The notes under the pieces were generated by a model, which did not search any database, had not been told where the DNA came from, and saw only the letters and a list, made by a program, of their open reading frames with translations. Both the position numbers and the translations under genes were made by a program. DNA of 64,000 nt from Macrostomum hystrix (lineage: Eukaryota > Animalia > Platyhelminthes). The DNA is taken from NCBI GenBank assembly GCA_950097015.1, contig CATNEN010000032.1, forward strand, positions 1,922,001 to 1,986,000, written 5' to 3'. Below are positions 12,555-22,930 of this stretch, in pieces; position 1 is the stretch's first letter, and each line of letters starts with the position of its first letter.

Positions 12555-15500
12555 TTCGTAGTCATACGTAGCCCTGACAATCGTAGCAATGAGAATCGCA
12601 GCAATGAGAATCGTAGCAATGAGAATCGTAGCAATGAGAATCGCAGCAATGAGAATCGCAGCAATGAGAATCGTAGCAATGAGAATCGCAGCAATGAGAA
12701 TCGCAGCAATGAGAATCGTAGCCATGAGAATCGTAGCAATGAGAATCGTAGCAATGAGAATCGTAGCAATGAGAATCGCAGCAATGAGAATCGTAGCAAT
12801 GAGAATCGTAGCCATGAGAATCGTAGCAATGAGAATCGTAGCCCTGACAATCGTAGCAATGAGAATCGTAGCCCTGACAATCGTAGCAATGAGAATCGTA
12901 GCAATGAGAATCGCAGCAATGAGAATCGCAGCAATGAGAATCGTAGCCATGAGAATCGTAGCAATGAGAATCGTAGTCATGAGAATCGTAGTCATGAGAA
13001 TCGTAGCCATGAGAATCGTAGCAATGAAAATCGTAGCAATGAGAATCGCAGCAATGAGAATCGTAGCAATCAGAATCCTAGCAATGAGAATCGTAGCCAT
13101 GAGAATTGTACCAATGAGAATCGCAGCACTGAGAATCGTAGCACTGAGAATCGCAGCACTGAGAATCGTAGCACTGAGAATCGCAGCAATGAGAATCGTA
13201 GCACTGAGAATCGTAGCACTGAGAATCGCAGCACTGAGAATCGTAGCCATGAGAATCGTAGCAATGAGAATCGTAGCAATGAGAATCGTAGCACTGAGAA
13301 TCGCAGCAATGAGAATCGCAGCAATGAGAATCGTAGCAATGAGAATCGCAGCAATGAGAATCGTAGCACTGAGAATCGCAGCAATGAGAATCATCGTAGC
13401 AATGAGAAGCGCAGCAATGAGAATCGAAGCAATAAGAATCGTAGTCATGAGAATCGTAGCCATGAGAATCGTAGCAATGAAAATCGTAGCAATGAGAATC
13501 GCAGCAATGAGAATCGTAGCAATCAGAATCGCAGCAATGAGAATCGTAGCAATGAGAATTGTAGCAATGAGAATCGCAGCACTGAGAATCGTAGCACTGA
13601 GAATCGCAGCACTGAGAATCGTAGCCATGAGAATCGCAGCAATGAGAATCGTAGCACTGAGAATCGCAGCACTGAGAATCGCAGCACTGAGAATCGTAGC
13701 CATGAGAATCGTAGCAATGAGAATCGTAGCAATGAGAATCGTAGCACTGAGAATCGTAGCCATGAGAATCGTAGCAATGAAAATCTTAGCAATGAGAATC
13801 GCAGCAATGAGAATTGTAGCAATGAGAATCGTAGCAATGAGAATCGTAGCACTGAGAATCGCAGCAATGAGAATCGCAGCAATGAGAATCGTAGCAATGA
13901 GAATCGCAGCAATGAGAATCGCAGCTTTGAGAATCGTAGCACTGAGAATCGGAGCAATGAGAATCGTAGCAATGAGAAGCGCAGCAATGAGAATCGAAGC
14001 AATAAGAATCGTAGTCATGAGAATCGTAGCCATGAGAATCGTAGCAATGAAAATCGTAGCAATGAGAATCGCAGCAATGAGAATCGTAGCAATAAGAATC
14101 GTAGTCATGAGAATCGTAGCCATGAGAATTGTAGCAATGAGAATCGCAGCACTGAGAATCGCAGCACTGAGAATCGCAGCACTGAGAATCGTAGCCATGA
14201 GAATTGTAGCACTGAGAATCGTAGCACTGAGAATCGCAGCACTGAGAATCGTAGCACTGAGAATCGCAGCAATGAGAATCGTAGCACTGAGAATCGTAGC
14301 ACTGAGAATCGCAGCACTGAGAATCGTAGCCATGAGAATCGTAGCAATGAGAATCGTAGCACTGAGAATCGCAGCAATGAGAATCGCAGCAATGAGAATC
14401 GTAGCAATGAGAATCGCAGCAATGAGAATCGCAGCAATGAGAATCGTAGCACTGAGAATCGCAGCAATGAGAAACATCGTAGCAATGAGAAGCGCAGCAA
14501 TGAGAATCGAAGCAATAAGAATCGTAGTCATGAGAATCGTAGCCATGAGAATCGTAGCAATGAAAATCCTAGCAATGAGAATCGCAGCAATGAGAATCGT
14601 AGCAATCAGAATCCTAGCAATGAGAATCGTAGCCATGAGAATTGTAGCAATGAGAATCGCAGCACTGAGAATCGTAGCACTGAGAATCGCAGCACTGAGA
14701 ATCGTAGCAATGAGAATCGCAGCACTGAGAATCGTAGCCATGAGAATCGTAGCACTGAGAATCGCAGCAATGAGAATCGCAGCAATGAGAATCGTAGCAA
14801 TGAGAATCGCAGCAATGAGAATCGCAGCAATGAGAATCGTAGCACTGAGAATCGCAGCAATGAGAATCATCGTAGCAATGAGAAGCGCAGCAATGAGAAT
14901 CGAAGCAATAAGAATCGTAGTCATGAGAATCGTAGCCATGAGAATCGTAGCAATGAAAATCGTAGCAATGAGAATCGCAGCAATGAGAATCGTAGCAATC
15001 AGAATCCTAGCAATGAGAATCGTAGCCATGAGAATTGTAGCAATGAGAATCGCAGCACTGAGAATCGTAGCACTGAGAATCGCAGCACTGAGAATCGTAG
15101 CCATGAGAATCGCAGCAATGAGAATCGTAGCACTGAGAATCGTAGCACTGAGAATCGCAGCACTGAGAATCGTAGCCATGAGAATCGTAGCAATGAGAAT
15201 CGTAGCAATGAGAATCGTAGCACTGAGAATCGCAGCAATGAGAATCGCAGCAATGAGAATCGTAGCAATGAGAATCGCAGCAATGAGAATCGCAGCAATG
15301 AGAATCGTAGTACTGAGAATCGCAGCAATGAGAATCGTAGCAATGAGAAGCGCAGCAATGAGAATCGAAGCAATGAGAATCATAGCACTGAGAATCGTAG
15401 CCATGAGAATCGTAGCAATGAAAATCTTAGCAATGAGAATCGCAGCAATAAGAATCGTAGCAATCAGAATTCTAGCAATGAGAATCGTAGCCATGAGAAT

Positions 15501-18500
15501 TGTAGCACTGAGAATCGTAGCACTGAGAATCGCAGCACTGAGAATCGTAGCCATGAGAATCGCAGCAATGAGAATCGTAGCACTGAGAATCGTAGCACTG
15601 AGAATCGCAGCACTGAGAATCGTAGCCATGAGAATCATAGCAATCAGAATCGCAGCAATGAGAATCGCAGCAATGAGAATCGCAGCAATGAGAATCGTAG
15701 CAATGAGAAGCGCAGCAATGAGAATCGAAGCAATGAGAATCGTAGCACTGAGAATCGTAGCCATGAGAATCGTAGCAATGAAAATCTTAGCAATGAGAAT
15801 CGCAGCAATAAGAATCGTAGCAATCAGAATTCTAGCAATGAGAATCGTAGCAATGAGATTCGCAGCACTGAGAATCGCAGCACAGAGAATCGCAGCACTG
15901 AGAATCGTAGCCATGAGAATTGTAGCACTGAGAATCGTAGCACTGAGAATCGCAGCACTGAGAATCGTAGCCATGAGAATCGTAGCACTGAGAATCGTAG
16001 CACTGAGAATCGCAGCACTGAGAATCGTAGCAATGAGAATCGCAGCAATGAGAATCGCAGCAATGAGAATCGTAGCCATGAGAATCATAGCAATCAGAAT
16101 CGCAGCAATGAGAATCGCAGCAATGAGAATCGCAGCAATGAGAATCGTAGCAATGAGAAGCGCAGCAATGAGAATCGAAGCAATGAGAATCGTAGCACTG
16201 AGAATCGTAGCCATGAGAATCGTAGCAATGAAAATCTTAGCAATGAGAATCGCAGCAATAAGAATCGTAGCAATCAGAATTCTAGCAATGAGAATCGTAG
16301 CAATGAGATTCGCAGCACTGAGAATCGCAGCACTGAGAATCGCAGCACTGAGAATCGTAGCCATGAGAATTGTAGCACTGAGAATCGTAGCACTGAGAAT
16401 CGCAGCACTGAGAATCGTAGCCATGAGAATCGTAGCACTGAGAATCGTAGCACTGAGAATCGCAGCACTGAGAATCGTAGCAATGAGAATCGCAGCAATG
16501 AGAATCGCAGCAATGAGAATCGTAGCACTGAGAATCGCAGCAATGAGAATCATCGTAGCAATGAGAAGCGCAGCAATGAGAATCGAAGCAATAAGAATCG
16601 TAGTCATGAGAATCGTAGCCATGAGAATCGTAGCAATGAAAATCGTAGCAATGAGAATCGCAGCAATGAGAATCGTAGCAATCAGAATCCTAGCAATGAG
16701 AATCGTAGCCATGAGAATTGTAGCAATGAGAATCGCAGCACTGAGAATCGTAGCACTGAGAATCGCAGCACTGAGAATCGTAGCCATGAGAATCGCAGCA
16801 ATGAGAATCGTAGCACTGAGAATCGTAGCACTGAGAATCGCAGCACTGAGAATCGTAGCCATGAGAATCGTAGCAATGAGAATCGTAGCAATGAGAATCG
16901 TAGCACTGAGAATCGCAGCAATGAGAATCGCAGCAATGAGAATCGTAGCAATGAGAATCGCAGCAATGAGAATCGCAGCAATGAGAATCGTAGTACTGAG
17001 AATCGCAGCAATGAGAATCGTAGCAATGAGAAGCGCAGCAATGAGAATCGAAGCAATGAGAATCATAGCACTGAGAATCGTAGCCATGAGAATCGTAGCA
17101 ATGAAAATCTTAGCAATGAGAATCGCAGCAATAAGAATCGTAGCAATCAGAATTCTAGCAATGAGAATCGTAGCCATGAGAATTGTAGCACTGAGAATCG
17201 TAGCACTGAGAATCGCAGCACTGAGAATCGTAGCCATGAGAATCGCAGCAATGAGAATCGTAGCACTGAGAATCGTAGCACTGAGAATCGCAGCACTGAG
17301 AATCGTAGCCATGAGAATCATAGCAATCAGAATCGCAGCAATGAGAATCGTAGCAATGAGAAGCGCAGCAATGAGAATCGAAGCAATGAGAATCGTAGCA
17401 CTGAGAATCGTAGCCATGAGAATCGTAGCAATGAAAATCTTAGCAATGAGAATCGCAGCAATAAGAATCGTAGCAATCAGAATTCTAGCAATGAGAATCG
17501 TAGCCATGAGAATTGTAGCAATGAGATTCGCAGCACTGAGAATCGCAGCACTGAGAATCGCAGCACTGAGAATCGTAGCCATGAGAATTGTAGCACTGAG
17601 AATCGTAGCACTGAGAATCGCAGCACTGAGAATCGTAGCCATGAGAATCGTAGCACTGAGAATCGTAGCACTGAGAATCGCAGCACTGAGAATCGTAGCC
17701 ATGAGAATCGTAGCAATGAGAATCCTAGCAATGAGAATCGTAGCACTGAGAATCGCAGCAATGAGAATCGCAGCAATGAGAATCGTAGCAATGAGAATCG
17801 GAGCAATGAGAATCGCAGCAATGAGAATCGTAGTACTGAGAATCGCAGCAATGAGAATCGTAGCAATGAGAAGCGCAGCAATGAGAATCGAAGCAATGAG
17901 AATCATAGCACTGAGAATCGTAGCCATGAGAATCGTAGCAATGAAAATCTTAGCAATGAGAATCGCAGCAATAAGAATCGTAGCAATCAGAATTCTAGCA
18001 ATGAGAATCGTAGCCATGAGAATTGTAGCACTGAGAATCGTAGCACTGAGAATCGCAGCACTGAGAATCGTAGCCATGAGAATCATAGCAATCAGAATCG
18101 CAGCAATGAGAATCGCAGCAATGAGAATCGCAGCAATGAGAATCGTAGCAATGAGAAGCGCAGCAATGAGAATCGCAGCAATGAGAATCGTAGCACTGAG
18201 AATCGTAGCCATGAGAATCGTAGCAATGAAAATCTTAGCAATGAGAATCGCAGCAATAAGAATCGAAGCAATGAGAATCATAGCACTGAGAATCGTAGCC
18301 ATGAGAATCGTAGCAATGAAAATCTTAGCAATGAGAATCGCAGCAATAAGAATCGTAGCAATCAGAATTCTAGCAATGAGAATCGTAGCCATGAGAATTG
18401 TAGCACTGAGAATCGTAGCACTGAGAATCGCAGCACTGAGAATCGTAGCCATGAGAATCGCAGCAATGAGAATCGTAGCACTGAGAATCGTAGCACTGAG

Positions 18501-20162
18501 AATCGCAGCACTGAGAATCGTAGCCATGAGAATCATAGCAATCAGAATCGCAGCAATGAGAATCGCAGCAATGAGAATCGCAGCAATGAGAATCGTAGCA
18601 ATGAGAAGCGCAGCAATGAGAATCGAAGCAATGAGAATCGTAGCACTGAGAATCGTAGCCATGAGAATCGTAGCAATGAAAATCTTAGCAATGAGAATCG
18701 CAGCAATAAGAATCGTAGCAATCAGAATTCTAGCAATGAGAATCGTAGCCATGAGAATTGTAGCAATGAGATTCGCAGCACTGAGAATCGCAGCACTGAG
18801 AATCGCAGCACTGAGAATCGTAGCCATGAGAATTGTAGCAATGAGAATCGTAGCACTGAGAATCGCAGCACTGAGAATCGTAGCCATGAGAATCGTAGCA
18901 CTGAGAATCGTAGCACTGAGAATCGCAGCACTGAGAATCGTAGCCATGAGAATCGTAGCAATGAGAATCGTAGCAATGAGAATCGTAGCACTGAGAATCG
19001 CAGCAATGAGAATCGCAGCAATGAGAATCGTAGCAATGAGAATCGCAGCAATGAGAATCGCAGCAATGAGAATCGTAGTACTGAGAATCGCAGCAATGAG
19101 AATCGTAGCAATGAGAAGCGCAGCAATGAGAATCGAAGCAATGAGAATCATAGCACTGAGAATCGTAGCCATGAGGATCGTAGCAATGAAAATCTTAGCA
19201 ATGAGAATCGCAGCAATAAGAATCGTAGCAATCAGAATTCTAGCAATGAGAATCGTAGCCATGAGAATTGTAGCACTGAGAATCGTAGCACTGAGAATCG
19301 CAGCACTGAGAATCGTAGCCATGAGAATCATAGCAATCAGAATCGCAGCAATGAGAATCGCAGCAATGAGAATCGCAGCAATGAGAATCGTAGCAATGAG
19401 AAGCGCAGCAATGAGAATCGCAGCAATGAGAATCGTAGCACTGAGAATCGTAGCCATGAGAATCGTAGCAATGAAAATCTTAGCAATGAGAATCGCAGCA
19501 ATAAGAATCGTAGCAATCAGAATTCTAGCAATGAGAATCGTAGCCATGAGAATTGTAGCAATGAGATTCGCAGCACTGAGAATCGCAGCACTGAGAATCG
19601 CAGCACTGAGAATCGCAGCAATGAGAATCGCAGCAATGAGAATCGTAGCAATGAGAATCGTAGCCATGAGAATTGTAGCACTGAGAATCGTAGCATTGAG
19701 AATCGCAGCACTGAGAATCGTAGCCATGAGAATCGCAGCAATGAGAATCGCAGCAATGAGAATCGTAGCAATGAGAATCGCAGCACTGAGAATCGTAGCC
19801 ATGAGAATCATAGCAATCAGAATCGCAGCACTGAGAATCGCAGCAATGAGAATCGTAGCGCTGAGAATCGCAGCAATGAACATCATAGCACCGAGGATCG
19901 CAGCAATGAGAATCGCAGCAATGAGAATCACAGCAATGAGAATCACAGCAATGAGAATCACAGCAATGAGAACCGCTGCCATGAACCAGTCGTAAATAAT
20001 AAAAAAATAAGTATCCTCGGAATTAAACAACACCTTAAAAGAGTGGTCTATAATCTGAACAAAAGCACAAAAACACAGCATTGGCTCATTGTAAAAAACA
20101 GTCAAACAGAAGCCAAACCTGATTTGACAAGGATAGCGATTTGTATTGTTAGCATTCTGTAA
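12555..20162 (+). CDS. Cryptic stop-free frame (~2530 codons) of ENRS(N/T/H) repeats; candidate giant internal exon
   Basis: No stop seen from 12555 to TAA 20160. The frame has no start codon upstream of the repeats, so it is missing from the ORF track. The most variable base is the Arg wobble (CGC/CGT/CGA/CGG); GAG/GAA and AGC/AGT also vary. Phase-0 donor candidates: GTC|GTAAAT (19991/2) and ATT|GTAAAA (20090/1). Confidence 0.45.
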   Translation, partial: FVVIRSPDNRSNENRSNENRSNENRSNENRSNENRSNENRSNENRSNENRSNENRSHENRSNENRSNENRSNENRSNENRSNENRSHENRSNENRSPDNRSNENRSPDNRSNENRSNENRSNENRSNENRSHENRSNENRSHENRSHENRSHENRSNENRSNENRSNENRSNQNPSNENRSHENCTNENRSTENRSTENRSTENRSTENRSNENRSTENRSTENRSTENRSHENRSNENRSNENRSTENRSNENRSNENRSNENRSNENRSTENRSNENHRSNEKRSNENRSNKNRSHENRSHENRSNENRSNENRSNENRSNQNRSNENRSNENCSNENRSTENRSTENRSTENRSHENRSNENRSTENRSTENRSTENRSHENRSNENRSNENRSTENRSHENRSNENLSNENRSNENCSNENRSNENRSTENRSNENRSNENRSNENRSNENRSFENRSTENRSNENRSNEKRSNENRSNKNRSHENRSHENRSNENRSNENRSNENRSNKNRSHENRSHENCSNENRSTENRSTENRSTENRSHENCSTENRSTENRSTENRSTENRSNENRSTENRSTENRSTENRSHENRSNENRSTENRSNENRSNENRSNENRSNENRSNENRSTENRSNEKHRSNEKRSNENRSNKNRSHENRSHENRSNENPSNENRSNENRSNQNPSNENRSHENCSNENRSTENRSTENRSTENRSNENRSTENRSHENRSTENRSNENRSNENRSNENRSNENRSNENRSTENRSNENHRSNEKRSNENRSNKNRSHENRSHENRSNENRSNENRSNENRSNQNPSNENRSHENCSNENRSTENRSTENRSTENRSHENRSNENRSTENRSTENRSTENRSHENRSNENRSNENRSTENRSNENRSNENRSNENRSNENRSNENRSTENRSNENRSNEKRSNENRSNENHSTENRSHENRSNENLSNENRSNKNRSNQNSSNENRSHENCSTENRSTENRSTENRSHENRSNENRSTENRSTENRSTENRSHENHSNQNRSNENRSNENRSNENRSNEKRSNENRSNENRSTENRSHENRSNENLSNENRSNKNRSNQNSSNENRSNEIRSTENRSTENRSTENRSHENCSTENRSTENRSTENRSHENRSTENRSTENRSTENRSNENRSNENRSNENRSHENHSNQNRSNENRSNENRSNENRSNEKRSNENRSNENRSTENRSHENRSNENLSNENRSNKNRSNQNSSNENRSNEIRSTENRSTENRSTENRSHENCSTENRSTENRSTENRSHENRSTENRSTENRSTENRSNENRSNENRSNENRSTENRSNENHRSNEKRSNENRSNKNRSHENRSHENRSNENRSNENRSNENRSNQNPSNENRSHENCSNENRSTENRSTENRSTENRSHENRSNENRSTENRSTENRSTENRSHENRSNENRSNENRSTENRSNENRSNENRSNENRSNENRSNENRSTENRSNENRSNEKRSNENRSNENHSTENRSHENRSNENLSNENRSNKNRSNQNSSNENRSHENCSTENRSTENRSTENRSHENRSNENRSTENRSTENRSTENRSHENHSNQNRSNENRSNEKRSNENRSNENRSTENRSHENRSNENLSNENRSNKNRSNQNSSNENRSHENCSNEIRSTENRSTENRSTENRSHENCSTENRSTENRSTENRSHENRSTENRSTENRSTENRSHENRSNENPSNENRSTENRSNENRSNENRSNENRSNENRSNENRSTENRSNENRSNEKRSNENRSNENHSTENRSHENRSNENLSNENRSNKNRSNQNSSNENRSHENCSTENRSTENRSTENRSHENHSNQNRSNENRSNENRSNENRSNEKRSNENRSNENRSTENRSHENRSNENLSNENRSNKNRSNENHSTENRSHENRSNENLSNENRSNKNRSNQNSSNENRSHENCSTENRSTENRSTENRSHENRSNENRSTENRSTENRSTENRSHENHSNQNRSNENRSNENRSNENRSNEKRSNENRSNENRSTENRSHENRSNENLSNENRSNKNRSNQNSSNENRSHENCSNEIRSTENRSTENRSTENRSHENCSNENRSTENRSTENRSHENRSTENRSTENRSTENRSHENRSNENRSNENRSTENRSNENRSNENRSNENRSNENRSNENRSTENRSNENRSNEKRSNENRSNENHSTENRSHEDRSNENLSNENRSNKNRSNQNSSNENRSHENCSTENRSTENRSTENRSHENHSNQNRSNENRSNENRSNENRSNEKRSNENRSNENRSTENRSHENRSNENLSNENRSNKNRSNQNSSNENRSHENCSNEIRSTENRSTENRSTENRSNENRSNENRSNENRSHENCSTENRSIENRSTENRSHENRSNENRSNENRSNENRSTENRSHENHSNQNRSTENRSNENRSAENRSNEHHSTEDRSNENRSNENHSNENHSNENHSNENRCHEPVVNNKKISILGIKQHLKRVVYNLNKSTKTQHWLIVKNSQTEAKPDLTRIAICIVSIL
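12567..19975 (+). repeat. 15-bp satellite (GAGAATCGYAGCAAT) x ~490 with higher-order structure
   Basis: Directly visible. The only indels seen are 3-bp insertions (e.g. near 13390, 14473, 14868, 16551). Confidence 0.97.
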
Positions 20163-20354
20163 TGACAGCCTTTAGAAAATGTTACTAAAGCCAGTTTGTC
20201 TGTTTATTGGCAGTCCCATGAGAGCTGTTCTGTCATTGAAGGCGGCGGCTTTCAATCAGCAGCACAATGATTGCTACCAAATGCTGCATAGCAACACACC
20301 TGCTCTATAAACCCTTCCTGATTTTCGCTAACCTTTCCTGGTGTAACTCTACCA

Positions 20355-20390
20355 CACTGACTCTCTAGCCTACTGACTCTCTAGCCTACT
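20355..20390 (+). promoter_or_regulatory. Two copies of 16-mer CTACTGACTCTCTAGC forming a branch point plus 3' splice site (AG at 20383-20384)
   Basis: CTGAC branch-like motif ~23 nt upstream, then pyrimidines and TAG. The exon that follows is in phase 0 with the GNRxKI frame. Confidence 0.45.
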
Positions 20391-21095
20391 AAGATTGGGA
20401 ATCGCCCTAAGATTGGGAGTCGCCTCAAGATCGGGAATCGCACTAAGATTGGGAATCGCCTTAAGATCAGGAATTGCACAAAGATTGGGAATCGCCTCAA
20501 GATCAGGAATCGTCTCAAGATTGGGAATCGCCTCAAAATTGAGAATCGCCTTAAGATCAGGAATTGCACTAAGATTCGGAATCGTCTCAAGATCAAAAAT
20601 CGCCCTAAGATTGGGAATCGCCCCAAGATTGGGAATCGCCCCAAGATTGGGAATCGCCCCAAGATTGGGAATTGCCCCAAGATTGGGAATCGCCTCAAGA
20701 TCGGGAATCGCACTAAGATTGGGAATCGCCTCAAGATTGGGAATTGCACTAAGATTGGGAATCGCCTCAAGATCAGGAATCGTCTCAAGATTGGGAATCG
20801 CCCTAAGATCGGGAATCGCCCTAAGATTGGGAATCGCCTCAAAATTGAGAATCGCCTTCAGATCAGGAATTGCACTAAGATTCGGAATCGTCTCAAGATC
20901 AAAATTCGACCCAAGATTGGGAATCGCCCCAAGATTGGGAATCGCCTCAAGATCGGGAATCGCCCGAAGATTGGGAATCGCCCCAAGATTGGGAATCGCC
21001 TCAAGATTGGGAATCGCCCCAAGATTAGGAATCGCGCAAAGATCAAGAATTTCCCATATTCAATTGGATTCTCCCTAAATTGGGAATCTGCCTAA
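20385..21095 (+). CDS. Putative terminal exon: 18-bp repeat encoding basic (G/R)NR(P/L/T)KI x ~37, unique tail KNFPYSIGFSLNWESA*
   Basis: 237 codons without an internal stop. Variants are largely synonymous in this frame (ATT/ATC, AAG/AAA, CGC/CGT/CGA, CCC/CCT/CCG, CTC/CTT, ACT/ACA). Acceptor upstream, AATAAA downstream at 21178. Confidence 0.55.
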   Translation, partial: PTKIGNRPKIGSRLKIGNRTKIGNRLKIRNCTKIGNRLKIRNRLKIGNRLKIENRLKIRNCTKIRNRLKIKNRPKIGNRPKIGNRPKIGNRPKIGNCPKIGNRLKIGNRTKIGNRLKIGNCTKIGNRLKIRNRLKIGNRPKIGNRPKIGNRLKIENRLQIRNCTKIRNRLKIKIRPKIGNRPKIGNRLKIGNRPKIGNRPKIGNRLKIGNRPKIRNRAKIKNFPYSIGFSLNWESA

Positions 21096-21177
21096 AATGC
21101 AAAGGAATCGTCCAAAGATGCGCAATTACAACAGCTCAGGACTAGAAAATCTGACGACAAAATACTAAGGACAATAC

Positions 21178-21183
21178 AATAAA
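21178..21183 (+). terminator. Putative polyadenylation signal AATAAA
   Basis: 83 nt after the TAA of the GNRxKI exon; conserved in copy B near 30841. Confidence 0.4.
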
Positions 21184-21842
21184 AGCCTTTAATCAAATGT
21201 AAAAATATAAAGTAAAAAATTAATGAATATTAATTCACAACTGATACCATAAAATATATTTTTTCCGACCAGACAAGTCAATACCGGGCTGCAGAGGGTT
21301 AAATTTGGAATTAGTTTAGCAAGGTGTTTTCGTTCTAGAACAAAGGAGAAATGTGCGCGTGAAAAACAACTAAGTGGTTTTTCGGCCTCAGTGAATGAAA
21401 ATCTGATAAATATTAGGACCATACGCATGCTAGTAAAATAGGCCCACCTAAAAAACATGTTTATTAACAAAAAATAACAATTGACACTTTATTAGCTATT
21501 TCCTCGCGATTAGCACAAGCATTCTAACAGATCATCTTCATTGAAGAATAATTTCATTGAAAAATGACTGGCACACATGCTACTAAGGTAGTATTAGATC
21601 ATACTTGTACAGGATATTTAAAATGTACAAGAGTGCATCGGAAAATAATGAAACAGTTAAAATATTTCTCTTTAAAAAATCTTATTGAATTCTACTTTAC
21701 TACAAAGACAGCTTGAAAAAATGTAGACGAAAAACTGTTAAATCAATTATTTTTTTGGTTACGAAACTGCAGGATAGTGTACTGTGTTACTTAACTTTGC
21801 AATACTAGGTGTACATGTAGAGAACATCAATACAGTTCAGAG

Positions 21843-22930
21843 TATTTAGGCACTTCAGGAATTATCCATCAACTCAGGCACTTCAGGAATTATCCAACAA
21901 CTCAGGCACTTAAGGAATTATCCAACAACTCAGGCACTTCAGGAATTATCCAACAACTCAGGTACTTCAGGAATTATCCAACAACTCAGGTACTTCAGGA
22001 ATTATCCAACAACTCAGGTACTTCAGGAATTATCCAACAACTCAGGCACTTCAGGAATTATCCAACAACTCAGGCACTTCAGAAATTATCCAACAACTCA
22101 GGTACTTCAGGAATTATCCAACAACTCAGGCACTTCAGGAAATATCTATCAGTTCAAGTACTTCAGGAACCAAGTAACAACTCAGGTACTTCAGGAAATA
22201 TCTAACAACTCAAGCACTTCAGGAATTATCCAACAACTCAGGCACTTCAGGAATTATCCAACAACTCAGGCACTTCAGGAATTATCCAACAACTCAGGTA
22301 CTTCAGGAATTATCCAATTACTCAGGTACTTCAGGAATTATCCAACAACTCAGGTACTTCAGGAATTATCCAACAACTCAGGTACTTCAGGAATTATCCA
22401 ACAACTCAGGTACTTCAGGAATTATCCAACAACTCAGGTACTTCAGGAAATATCCAATTACTCAGGTACTTCAGGAATTATCCAACAACTCAGGCACTTC
22501 AGGAATTATCCAACAACTCAGGCACTTCAGGAATTATCCAACAACTCAGGTACTTCAGGAATTATCCAATTACTCAGGTACTTCAGGAATTATCCAACAA
22601 CTCAGGTACTTCAGGAATTATCCAACAACTCAGGTACTTCAGGAATTATCCAACAACTCAGGTACTTCAGGAATTATCCAACAACTCAGGTACTTCAGGA
22701 AATATCCAATTACTCAGGTACTTCAGGAAATATCCAACAACTCAGGTACTTCAGGAATTATCCAACAACTCAGGTACTTCAGGAATTATCCAATAACTCA
22801 GGTACTTCAGGAATTATCCAATAACTAAGGACTTCAGGAATTATCCAACAACTCAGGTACTTCAGGAATTATCCAACAACTCAGGTACTTCAGGAATTAT
22901 CCAACAACTCAGGTACTTCAGGAATTATCC
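21843..22930. repeat. 28-bp minisatellite copy A (CAACTCAGGCACTTCAGGAATTATCCAA)
   Basis: About 39 tandem units; abuts the truncated gag. Confidence 0.96.

Noticed and set aside
12549-20105. 2518-aa (minus, AAILI) and 2468-aa (plus, MRIAA) ORFs as real proteins
   Set aside because: They are by-products of a stop-poor 15-mer. The most variable base is nonsynonymous in both frames and the products would be continuously hydrophobic. The ENRSN frame fits the variation better, though MRIAA cannot be fully excluded.
21843-22930. CRISPR-like appearance of the 28-31 bp arrays
   Set aside because: Head-to-tail repeats with no unique spacers, no cas genes, and a eukaryotic context.
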